A DNA stretch of 56,541 bases from Promethearchaeota archaeon. Lineage in GTDB: Archaea; Asgardarchaeota; Lokiarchaeia; Sigyniarchaeales; SOKP01. The stretch covers positions 1 to 56,541 of the forward strand of contig JAHPZJ010000031.1 of assembly GCA_019058245.1 (NCBI GenBank). The letters are read 5' to 3'. The translations under genes were made by a program, and so were the position numbers. This document shows positions 36,873-46,313 of the stretch, one piece after another (the first letter of the stretch is position 1; each line of letters opens with the position of its first letter). The notes beneath the pieces were generated by a model. That model did no database searches and was not told the DNA's origin. It saw only the letters and a list, made by a program, of their open reading frames with translations.

Positions 36873-38663
36873 CTATTTATTTTCTCCATATTTTTTTTTC
36901 CAAACGGGATCTGCTTCTTGCAGTAATCTCCGTTGGACCTTCCCTATTAGATTCTTAGGAATCTCACCGATAACGGCAATACTGTGGGGAACTTTGTAAT
37001 TTGCTATGTTATTTTTTGCCCATTCTTTTATCTTTTGAGGTGAACAGTCAGAATCCTCCTTAATTGAAACCCAAGCTTTAATTTTTTCTCCATATTCTTC
37101 ATCAGGAAGCCCAGCAACAGCTACTTCTACAATATCTGGATGTTTCATTAATAATTCTTCAACCTCTTTAGGAAACACGGAGTAACCTTTACATTTTATA
37201 AGTTGTTTTTTTCTATCTCTTATTTCTATTGTTCCATCTTCATTCATAAATCCAATATCTCCAGTTAGAAGCCATAATTTATCTTTATATTCTATAATTG
37301 TTTGTCTTGTTTCTTCTGGTTCATTAAGGTACTCCAACATTATTTGGGGACCACTTATATAAATTTCACCGGTGTAATCAATACCAAAATTGGTATCATC
37401 AAGATTTCCCATACATATTGGACCTTTATTTGAATCATCAATAGGCCAAATTCCCCATTCTGTCCCTGTAAAAGGCATTCCAATGCTCCCAATAGGACTT
37501 TCACCAAATAAGTTACCTGCACTTACGGCAGGACCAGCTTCTGATAAGCCATATCCTTCTACAATTCTACCACCTGTATTTTTGATGAAGGCATCTCGGA
37601 CAGGTTCATGTAAGGGTCCAGCCCCTGAAATACATAAAGTTAATTTACCTATAACTCCTGGAAATCTTAATTTTAAATTTTTTAGTTCTGCTAATCTTTT
37701 AAACAAAATTTCTGTACCCGTATATATTAGTCCTTCTTTACAAGGCAATTTCTCAATTTGCTCACATAATTCGGCTTGGGTTGGAGGAGTTGGGAAAAGC
37801 ATTATCCACCCACCAATAGCTATTGAAGTATTCATTACAACTGTATGAGCGAAACTATGAAATAATGGCAAAATACCAATATTTCCTATTCCTGGTTTCT
37901 CACCACCTAACCAAAGTTTACATTGTGTAGCATTTGAGACAACATTAAAATGTGTTAAAACAGCAGCCTTAGGTAACCCTGTAGTTCCACCCGTCATAAT
38001 ATACGTAGCAGGATGTTCTTTTGCATTGATAATCACATTTGGAACATTTTTTTCCGTTTTTAGGAGTTCTTGAAATTTAAGTGCGCCTTGAAAATCTACT
38101 TTTCCTGTTGGTATTTTTTTTATAAATTTCCCAATTGCTCTTTTTACTCCTTTAATTTCAGATATATCAGCTTGATTACTATAAACGACTATCTCTATTG
38201 TTGATTCTTGAATAATTGGCTTAATTGATGATTCATATAACGCATCTAAAACAATAAGCATTTTTGGCTTTATTATCTCAAATTGGTGAAGAACTTCCAT
38301 TGGTTGAAAAGTAGGATTAATTCCACTGGCAATAGCTCCAATCCTGGTAATAGCATAATAAGCAACAATATATTGAGGACAATTAGGAAGGTATAACGCA
38401 ATAACATCACCTTTTCTTATTCCTTGATTCACTAAGGCTGTAGCAAATGATTTAACATAATCTTGAAACTGTTTATAAGTTATCCAACTATCTAAAAACC
38501 AAATAAAATTATCTTTCTCATATTTTTCAACCTGTTCATCTAAAAATTCATTTAGCGTTTTTTCTTCGAATTTAGTATTATAGGGAACGTTCTCTGGCCA
38601 CCATTTTTTAAACCATCGTTTATTTTCGTCAACATAAAAGGATTTGTGCATTTTTAAGCTCAT
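36873..38663 (-). CDS. Long-chain fatty acid-CoA ligase (AMP-binding)
   Basis: TGGTTGLPK, EGYGLSE, TGDIG, DRKK, GKVQRR. Confidence 0.92.
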   Translation of the reverse strand: MSLKMHKSFYVDENKRWFKKWWPENVPYNTKFEEKTLNEFLDEQVEKYEKDNFIWFLDSWITYKQFQDYVKSFATALVNQGIRKGDVIALYLPNCPQYIVAYYAITRIGAIASGINPTFQPMEVLHQFEIIKPKMLIVLDALYESSIKPIIQESTIEIVVYSNQADISEIKGVKRAIGKFIKKIPTGKVDFQGALKFQELLKTEKNVPNVIINAKEHPATYIMTGGTTGLPKAAVLTHFNVVSNATQCKLWLGGEKPGIGNIGILPLFHSFAHTVVMNTSIAIGGWIMLFPTPPTQAELCEQIEKLPCKEGLIYTGTEILFKRLAELKNLKLRFPGVIGKLTLCISGAGPLHEPVRDAFIKNTGGRIVEGYGLSEAGPAVSAGNLFGESPIGSIGMPFTGTEWGIWPIDDSNKGPICMGNLDDTNFGIDYTGEIYISGPQIMLEYLNEPEETRQTIIEYKDKLWLLTGDIGFMNEDGTIEIRDRKKQLIKCKGYSVFPKEVEELLMKHPDIVEVAVAGLPDEEYGEKIKAWVSIKEDSDCSPQKIKEWAKNNIANYKVPHSIAVIGEIPKNLIGKVQRRLLQEADPVWKKKYGENK

Positions 38664-38838
38664 AAATTCTACACAATTTCTAATTTTTTTTTTTTAACTT
38701 ATATCACTTTGATTTTCTAAAATTAAAGCTTAGTAAGAATTAGTAATTGAAAAATCTTAGCGTTAATTTAAAATTATCAAATTTAATAACAGAAATCAAT
38801 AATTTTGATTAAAAAAAAATAATAGAAAAGAATAAAAA

Positions 38839-40905
38839 TTAATATCTTCTATCCTTTCTCATCTTTATCAATATCGTAGCAACCCCTACTAAACTTACTC
38901 CCGCAATCAAGAGGATTATTGCCCAGAAACCTTCCTCTCCGAAAACCATATAGACACTGAAGGTTGGATCGTGCCATATCCCTTGACCAGTACCATTAAA
39001 CTCGGGATAACAAACAGCATATACCATCACATCAAATTCAGTTCTAATTCTAATATCTGAAGCATATGTTTTAGATTCAGTCCCATTGGCTAATTTAAAG
39101 GTATCATGTCTATCCAATTCCCATTTGTACAGAACGAGTGGCAATATATTTGTACTAGCATCAAATTCAGATGCTGTTTCATTATCATCACCTAATCTAT
39201 AAAATGGACCAGCTATATCGACTAAGTCTAATTTTTCTTCTGCTCTTCTGCCAATGTAATTACCCACCTTTAATTCATGGGTTTCGTTATCATAATCTTC
39301 TCTAGGATTCAGAAGTACTTCTGGATCATCTACCTCATCATTAACATTTACATTTAAGTGGAAATGTAATACTGTAGAAACATAAATAATAGCAAAATCT
39401 AATCCTGCAATATTTGAATTAGGACCATTACCGTCATTCCAAGGAGCAAAAAATTGATCCAATTTAACATTTCCCCTCGCTGCCCCAGTTTCTGCATCCC
39501 TAGTTGGTATAAATGTGAATCCAAAATAAATATACTTAAGATTTTCCTGTTCTGTTCGTAAATATGAATCTAAATCAACAAACATGGGAACTGCAGATAT
39601 ATTTACATCATTTATACTTAAACCCCATGAAATACTGTTTTCTCCTTCACTAGGATCTGGTTTTATAAACTCGAATTCTCCTACATTTCCTAAAATGAGT
39701 CTATGACTTAGCTCAGAACGATCAGGAATCTGTATTGGATCTCCAGCGTCATCTAATACAAGATTGCCATTATCATCAGTTACATTTACATAATTAGCCG
39801 AGATTTTGTTATTTGAATCCATATCATCATATAAGAATGCTCCTGCTAAATGATGGGTGAAAAGGTAATATTCAATATCACAACCATTAAATGCGCCAGC
39901 TATAGCATCTTCTGATGATCCATTACCTCCAGTCACAGCGCTAAGAATTTCACTTACATCAATATGAATTTCAAAATTTTTAATCCATAATTGAATTAAA
40001 TCAAAGGAAAATTGAGTCCAAATTTTCTCAGCTAAATCTCCTCCTGTTGATGGTGTTAATAGCCATTCCATATAATTATCTCTCCTATTTGTGGCATTGT
40101 TCTCCCAATATGTTAAATATTCAGAAAACCCATCTTCTACCCTAATATCATTGTCGGAAATATTATAATCAGAACCTGTTAATTTCCACGTTTTCTCAAG
40201 AGTATAATCTGATGGTGTTATATTTAGTTTTTGCCAGGTTATGGGATTTAATATAAATAATTCATCTCCAGTAAAGGTATCATTAATGTGAATTAAAAAC
40301 CAGGTAATTATAGAAATACCCTCCTTAATAACATCCTGAGAAATTTGTGCACCCTCTTGTTGAAGTCTTAATAATTTCCTCATAAATCCGAGTACTCTAT
40401 TTATAGCATCTACAAATGATTTGTCATGATCCCAAATAATAAGAGTTATGGCAGCGCCTACTTCTAATTCAAAAGAATAGCTACCAGTTTTAGTAATTTC
40501 ACAGTAAGCAAATCCTTGATTATCTGGAACACGATAATCGTTCGGAAGAAGGTAAATCTCTTTATTATTCTGAGAGTTGAAGCTTTTAACACCAGAAATT
40601 GTTCTTGTGGTATTGACACTTAATACATAGACACTATCCATTTTTTCATGTTTAGTAAGATTTAATCCTTGCACTAATAATGCTTCGAATACAGAACCAA
40701 GTATCTGTCCAGCATATCCTAAGTTATTACTAAAAATAGATCCAAAACCACCCCGAAAACCATCGAAAATACCAGCATCCACTTGATTCAAATTTAAATT
40801 ATCATTATAATCCTTTTTTTGGCCCATTACTGACATAGGCATTGTAAATACGGAAGTGATTACGATTGTAATAACCATTAAGGACTTAATATTTAAATTT
40901 TTCAT
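38839..40905 (-). CDS. Large secreted/surface protein with C-terminal membrane anchor
   Basis: Signal-peptide-like N-terminus, acidic ectodomain with several N-x-S/T sequons, WHDP motif, TM and basic tail (KMRKDRRY). Confidence 0.7.
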   Translation of the reverse strand: MKNLNIKSLMVITIVITSVFTMPMSVMGQKKDYNDNLNLNQVDAGIFDGFRGGFGSIFSNNLGYAGQILGSVFEALLVQGLNLTKHEKMDSVYVLSVNTTRTISGVKSFNSQNNKEIYLLPNDYRVPDNQGFAYCEITKTGSYSFELEVGAAITLIIWDHDKSFVDAINRVLGFMRKLLRLQQEGAQISQDVIKEGISIITWFLIHINDTFTGDELFILNPITWQKLNITPSDYTLEKTWKLTGSDYNISDNDIRVEDGFSEYLTYWENNATNRRDNYMEWLLTPSTGGDLAEKIWTQFSFDLIQLWIKNFEIHIDVSEILSAVTGGNGSSEDAIAGAFNGCDIEYYLFTHHLAGAFLYDDMDSNNKISANYVNVTDDNGNLVLDDAGDPIQIPDRSELSHRLILGNVGEFEFIKPDPSEGENSISWGLSINDVNISAVPMFVDLDSYLRTEQENLKYIYFGFTFIPTRDAETGAARGNVKLDQFFAPWNDGNGPNSNIAGLDFAIIYVSTVLHFHLNVNVNDEVDDPEVLLNPREDYDNETHELKVGNYIGRRAEEKLDLVDIAGPFYRLGDDNETASEFDASTNILPLVLYKWELDRHDTFKLANGTESKTYASDIRIRTEFDVMVYAVCYPEFNGTGQGIWHDPTFSVYMVFGEEGFWAIILLIAGVSLVGVATILIKMRKDRRY

Positions 40906-41210
40906 AATATTCTCATTTTTTGTGATTATAATTTAGTATCTATTAGTTTTATAATCGAAATATGACTTTTTAATAATTTTTGTTCTAATATAATAGAAGC
41001 TTCAAAATAATCTTCGTTGACCCTAAATAAATAATGTTGAGTCCTTAGGGAACACAAATCTATTTTTTCTTTCTATTTGTTATCATCATTATAGCAAGAA
41101 TCTATTATATCAACTAATAAAAACAAAAATGATTAACATTTTAAGGATTGGGTTTTAAAGGGCTCCTGAAATTCTTCTAATTTCTAGCAGATACAATTGT
41201 TAGCTTTATT

Positions 41211-42215
41211 TCACTCTACTTGAAAAAAGGTATAGAAAAATACAAGAATATATATAATTGCTGAAAGAAGTAAACTCCAAATTCTTAAGAATTCAGCAAA
41301 ATCGGCTGTAGAAAATATTACGTTTGACCCTATAAACACAGCAGCAATAAGATATCCGAATAAATGACTTTTAAAACTCTTTACTTTTGATTTTCCTTGG
41401 AAATAATTTACAATTGAAATAAAAATTATAAGAATAAATCCTCCCCAATAAAATAATTCAATTATATCAAACTCATAGAGGTCTAATAATAGGAAAAAAC
41501 CAAAAAGAAATATTTCAAGAATTCTAATATTCCAAATAATATCCTTTTTTGAAGAATCTACCCATAATTGTTCATATTCACTAATACCTGAATTATACAA
41601 TAATAAGATAAAAGAGCCAAAAGCTAGTGCAGTAAATAATGAATAAGAGATACTAAATAAATATGGTAATATAGGTAACCATAAATCATTCCATAAGAAA
41701 TCTGCTAATGCTAAAAAGCTGGGTAAAACACTTGCAGCGCAGAATATTGGAATTAATGATGCTAATATCATCATAATCCATGTTATTTTTGAGATCTTTG
41801 TATCATCCTCCCATCGTTCTTTTCTAAATGTTGTTAATCTCCATGCCATGGAAGCAAAGCTTAAAATAGAAATTACTGGTGTAATCACAGGAAAAATGAA
41901 AATTAACATAATATAAATAGCATTTATACCATAGAAGAATTTCATTCTGGATGGAACTACACTTATAGTTTTATCAAAATTATCAAGAGTATTAGCAAAG
42001 CGATTAATAAATAGTATCATGAAGAATAACCATGAAACACTAAAAATAAATGGACTTAATATTTTAATTACAATAAATATAATTGTAGGGTCATTTGTAT
42101 ACCATAATGTAAAATTTGCGAAGTTATATATTAAAAAAATCGCAATAGGAACTAAAATTATTGAAATTAAAATAATTAGGCGGCTGACTATTATCCCTTT
42201 TATCTCTTTAGACAT
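41211..42215 (-). CDS. Multi-pass membrane protein
   Basis: About 9-10 hydrophobic segments. Confidence 0.7.
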   Translation of the reverse strand: MSKEIKGIIVSRLIILISIILVPIAIFLIYNFANFTLWYTNDPTIIFIVIKILSPFIFSVSWLFFMILFINRFANTLDNFDKTISVVPSRMKFFYGINAIYIMLIFIFPVITPVISILSFASMAWRLTTFRKERWEDDTKISKITWIMMILASLIPIFCAASVLPSFLALADFLWNDLWLPILPYLFSISYSLFTALAFGSFILLLYNSGISEYEQLWVDSSKKDIIWNIRILEIFLFGFFLLLDLYEFDIIELFYWGGFILIIFISIVNYFQGKSKVKSFKSHLFGYLIAAVFIGSNVIFSTADFAEFLRIWSLLLSAIIYILVFFYTFFQVE

Positions 42216-42364
42216 AATTTAGACTATTACATTGAACTTTTAATATTAATATAGAATACTATGAATTAATAATTAATATATTTTCTATTAGAACTATAAA
42301 CAGATACAGATTCAAAAAAATTGATAATTTTTAATAGTATTTTAAATTTTAAGTTATTTCACAT

Positions 42365-43132
42365 CTACTTTTTTGCTCCACAATTGGTGCAAAATAAGTC
42401 TTCACTAGTCAATCTAGCTCCACAATTTTTACAATAATCAGATGTTGGAGTACTTACTTCTTCTACAACTTCTCTAACGAACATTTCTCTTGGTTCTAGA
42501 TCCTCATCTTTAACTTTTATTTTCTTCTTCTTTTTCTTTTCTTTCCCACCCTTTGATTTATATCTTAAACTTCCTATGAATGCTCCAAATATGGCACCTA
42601 CTATTGTTCCTTCCAAAACAGCAGTAAGAACAGCAACAAGGTACGGTAAATCGGTTAATCCTAATAATAAGCCATCTAGAATTGCTGTACCAAATCCAAA
42701 AGGTATCACAACTGCTAATATGATGTAAACTAATGAGAGTATAATTGCATATCCTATACCTATAGCAAGACTAGTATGTACCCCTCCGCGTGGTGTGTGA
42801 GCAAAAAGACCACTAGTGATAGCACAACAAAGAATCCAAGGAATTGTTACTGCTATAATAAGCATTACATCGTTGGGACGATAAAATAAACACCAATGAA
42901 TGGGAAATAGGAAGATCATAACAGCTCCAATAAACATACCAGCAAGTAATTGGATGAGTATACCAATTCCACCAAGGGAACTTGTTAATGACCCTATGGC
43001 ATCATCAATGTTAGTAATCAATCCTCCTGTGACGCCCTCAGTTAGGTTAAGAAACCTAAATGAAATAAATGCCATTGGAATAAGACAACACATTCCAGCA
43101 CATCCTGACTTAATAACACGACCCCAGCCCAA
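42365..43132 (-). CDS. Membrane protein with poly-Lys tract and C-terminal zinc ribbon
   Basis: Hydrophobic N-terminal region, KEKKKKKK, CKNCG...CTNCG. Confidence 0.7.
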   Translation of the reverse strand: MGWGRVIKSGCAGMCCLIPMAFISFRFLNLTEGVTGGLITNIDDAIGSLTSSLGGIGILIQLLAGMFIGAVMIFLFPIHWCLFYRPNDVMLIIAVTIPWILCCAITSGLFAHTPRGGVHTSLAIGIGYAIILSLVYIILAVVIPFGFGTAILDGLLLGLTDLPYLVAVLTAVLEGTIVGAIFGAFIGSLRYKSKGGKEKKKKKKIKVKDEDLEPREMFVREVVEEVSTPTSDYCKNCGARLTSEDLFCTNCGAKK

Positions 43133-43339
43133 ATTTATTCCCCGTGTATAAATGGTTTAATGATTTTAATTTCATTATTACTATTCAACAATTAAAGAAT
43201 ATTTATATTTTTGTTTTGAATCACTATTTCAAATATTATCAATTTTGTAAATAGTATAATTCTACTTGGTAAGTATCCATTCTAAGTTTTTATTTTCAAA
43301 TATAAAATTTAAAAAAAGGAATAAAAAATAAATTGTTTT

Positions 43340-44026
43340 TTATTTAATAGAAATTATTTTCCCGCCATCCATTCTAATTGTTTTGGTTCCATAAGCAGAT
43401 AAGTCTCTGTGTGTTACTACCAAAACAGTCGTTTCCATTTCTTTATTTATTTTTTTCAATAATCCCATAACGTCTTTTTCAGATTGAGGATCCAAGTTTC
43501 CTGAAGGTTCATCTGCTAAAATAACCCGAGGTCTATGAATTATAGCCCGAGCAATTGCACACCTCTGTTTTTCTCCACCAGACATTTGTACAGGAAAATG
43601 ATCTTTACGATCAAGCAAATCAACATCTCTTAATGCTGCAACCGCTCGATTTTCAATTTCTTTCTGTCGTAAAACAGTTGGCCATAAAACCGATTCAACA
43701 TTTTCCATCGCAGTTAAAGTTCTCACAAGATTAAAATCTTGAAATACAAATCCAATTTTCTGTCTTCTAAGTTTACTTAATCTGTCTTCCGTTGATCTGG
43801 CGATGTTCTCTCCATCAAATATGATTCTCCCTGAATCTGGGAGATCCAATCCAGAAAGAACATTAAGGAGAGTAGATTTACCACAACCAGTAGGACCTTG
43901 AATTATAGCAAATTCTCCAGATTTTATTTTTAAATTTACATCTGCTAAAGCTCGTATTATAGCACCAGCTCTTCTATATTCTTTATTAACGTCTACAGCT
44001 TCAATCATAATATCTTTTTCTGACAA
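43340..44026 (-). CDS. ABC transporter ATP-binding protein (LolD/MacB-like)
   Basis: GPTGCGKST, GFVFQ, MSGGEKQR, ILADEP.GNLD, VTH. Confidence 0.93.
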   Translation of the reverse strand: MSEKDIMIEAVDVNKEYRRAGAIIRALADVNLKIKSGEFAIIQGPTGCGKSTLLNVLSGLDLPDSGRIIFDGENIARSTEDRLSKLRRQKIGFVFQDFNLVRTLTAMENVESVLWPTVLRQKEIENRAVAALRDVDLLDRKDHFPVQMSGGEKQRCAIARAIIHRPRVILADEPSGNLDPQSEKDVMGLLKKINKEMETTVLVVTHRDLSAYGTKTIRMDGGKIISIK

Positions 44027-44041
44027 TTTTTTCCTACCTCC

Positions 44042-44584
44042 TTATTCACCTACTTTTTTTAGTGCAATAATTGGTCTAACTTTGAGTACTTTTCTATACG
44101 CTAGAATAAATGCAATTATTTGAACGCCTATAAATATCAAACTAGTGATGACTACAGGAACCAAATCAACTAAAATTAAAAGAGGAATATTTATAGCTGT
44201 TTGGTTAATATAAGCAACAATAGCGGCGTAATGAAATAACATTTCAATTACTATGAGAAACCCTACAATCGTAGTAAAAAAGATCATACCTGAAACCAAG
44301 GATAATATATTTTTATTAGTATAGCCGATACATTTAAATGTAGCCCATATACGTCTTTTTCTGGAAACTAAAATCCAAGCATAAAGCATAGAGAGAAATA
44401 AAGATGTTCCAAGAAAGATAAATACAAAATTCCATACAAAATCTCCAAACATTCCTTTGAAACCTAAATCTATGAAGAAAGAAGTTAAAAAAATCAGAAC
44501 AGTATAAATTAAAGTGAATACAACAAATACTTTTTTTTCACGCAAAGAAAGAAGTATCGCTTTTCTCCACATTCTAAATGCCAA
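44042..44584 (-). CDS. FtsX-like ABC permease (short, 4 TM)
   Basis: RKRRIWATFKCIGYT (FtsX RxxEI..LKxxG-like) and C-terminal KVRPIIALK. Confidence 0.75.
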   Translation of the reverse strand: MAFRMWRKAILLSLREKKVFVVFTLIYTVLIFLTSFFIDLGFKGMFGDFVWNFVFIFLGTSLFLSMLYAWILVSRKRRIWATFKCIGYTNKNILSLVSGMIFFTTIVGFLIVIEMLFHYAAIVAYINQTAINIPLLILVDLVPVVITSLIFIGVQIIAFILAYRKVLKVRPIIALKKVGE

Positions 44585-44690
44585 AAAATTTCACCGTATG
44601 TTTTTCAATTTATTTTTAAATTATATTTAAATTTATGATTGATTTTATTTATGTTATTATAACAATTTAATAATAAATATTTTGGTGGAA

Positions 44691-45092
44691 ATGTCCGAAA
44701 TTGAAGCAATTATCGATGCATTATTAAATGAAGAACAAAATATTTTTGGAGTAGCGATAATAAGTAAGGAGGGGAATTTGCTAACTCAAACTGAAAATTG
44801 GAATATTGCTGGTGATTTAGGTTTAATCAATGAACTGCTAAACCAAAAGCTTGAGTTAGGTGAAAAGGGAATCAGTAGTATCACTATTCAAGGAATTAAA
44901 TATATGATTGTAGAGAATACTGAAGAAAGAAAAATTGGTACTAATATTACAGGGAAAGGGCATATTATAATTTGTCCTGTTCCAATCGGAGGTACGGGGG
45001 CGTTATTATGTTATATTAATCCCCAAGCGGGACCAAGAGATGCTCTCTTTGCAACTCAAGAGTATGCTCTAAAATTAAAGGATTTTGTATAA
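44691..45092 (+). CDS. Profilin (Lokiarchaeal type)
   Basis: GVAII...TQTENW, KLELGEKG insertion loop, IQGIKYMIVENTEERKIGTNITGKGH, NPQAGPRD. ATG at 44691 preferred as start. Confidence 0.88.
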   Translation: MSEIEAIIDALLNEEQNIFGVAIISKEGNLLTQTENWNIAGDLGLINELLNQKLELGEKGISSITIQGIKYMIVENTEERKIGTNITGKGHIIICPVPIGGTGALLCYINPQAGPRDALFATQEYALKLKDFV

Positions 45093-45098
45093 ATTATT

Positions 45099-46226
45099 TC
45101 AATTTTTTTTTTTAAATGAAGACCAGTAATTACTTAAAAGGTTTTTTAAACTGGATTTGATTTTATCAATTTCATTCTTTTTCGATTTTTTTGAGAAGTC
45201 TAGATATTCAAAAGCAGGTCTTTCATATTTCTCTTTAAATAAAGCTTGCATAACTGAATAAACACAAACAGGTAGACCCAATAAGCTGTAACCCCCTTCA
45301 AGAATAAAAATTAATTTTCCTTCACAGATATCTTCAGCAATCTTTAAAATTTTTTCGGTAAATTTATAGTATGAACTCGATGTTAACAAACAATTCCCTA
45401 TAGGATCACTGTAATACATATCAAAACCAGCAGCTATTATAATTATATCTGGATGAAATTCTCTCAACACGGGTTCAGCGATTTTCATAAATTCTAAAAA
45501 ATCATCATCAACACTATTCATTGGAATCGGAAAATTAATATTCTTGCCAAGGCCTTCTCCTGCACCTAATTCATTTATAAAACCTATATCTCCTTCTATA
45601 AAGTCAAATTCATGAATAGAGAAATAGAGAACACTTGGATCTTCATAAAAATATTGTGCTAGACCATCTCCAAAATGATTATCAATATCAATTATAGCAA
45701 TCTTTTTGTTATAATTGAGTTTTTTCCGTAAATATAGGATTGAATTTGCGATATTATTGAAAATACAGAGACCTGATCCACCTTCTCTTAAAGCATGATG
45801 ACCAGGAGGTCTAATAAGAGCAAAAGATTGACATACATCCTTGTTAATAACTGATTCAATTGCCTTGATTGCTCCACCGATTGCCTTTTTAGCCAATTTA
45901 AATGAATCCTTCGTAATAAACACCTCTTCATTTAATATAGCACTTTCTAAACTTGAGAGATATTTAATAGAATCAATATAATAAGTTGTATGGGCTAATA
46001 AAATAATTGATTCTTCTATTTCTTTAGGTTTTAGTAATTTTAGTCTATTATCGTTAAATAAATTCTTATATTCTAAATATAATATTATAGATTGAATTCT
46101 AAGTGGAGTTTCATATGAAAAAAAAAGAGGATGAGGATATGGGGGCTCATTTTTTGATGAAAAATCATCATCTATTATTAATCCAATTATGTTGTTATTT
46201 ATCATACTAAAATTAAAAATATTCAA
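45099..46226 (-). CDS. Histone deacetylase family Zn-dependent deacetylase
   Basis: RPPGHHA, GLCIFNN, DIDNHFGDG, AGFD...DP, LEGGY. Confidence 0.92.
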   Translation of the reverse strand: MNIFNFSMINNNIIGLIIDDDFSSKNEPPYPHPLFFSYETPLRIQSIILYLEYKNLFNDNRLKLLKPKEIEESIILLAHTTYYIDSIKYLSSLESAILNEEVFITKDSFKLAKKAIGGAIKAIESVINKDVCQSFALIRPPGHHALREGGSGLCIFNNIANSILYLRKKLNYNKKIAIIDIDNHFGDGLAQYFYEDPSVLYFSIHEFDFIEGDIGFINELGAGEGLGKNINFPIPMNSVDDDFLEFMKIAEPVLREFHPDIIIIAAGFDMYYSDPIGNCLLTSSSYYKFTEKILKIAEDICEGKLIFILEGGYSLLGLPVCVYSVMQALFKEKYERPAFEYLDFSKKSKKNEIDKIKSSLKNLLSNYWSSFKKKN

Positions 46227-46313
46227 AAATATCTTAATAATTATAATTAAATTAGCAATTTTTTCTTAAATATAATTCTAAAAAAAAAAATTAAAACTGA
46301 AAGTGAGAATAAA

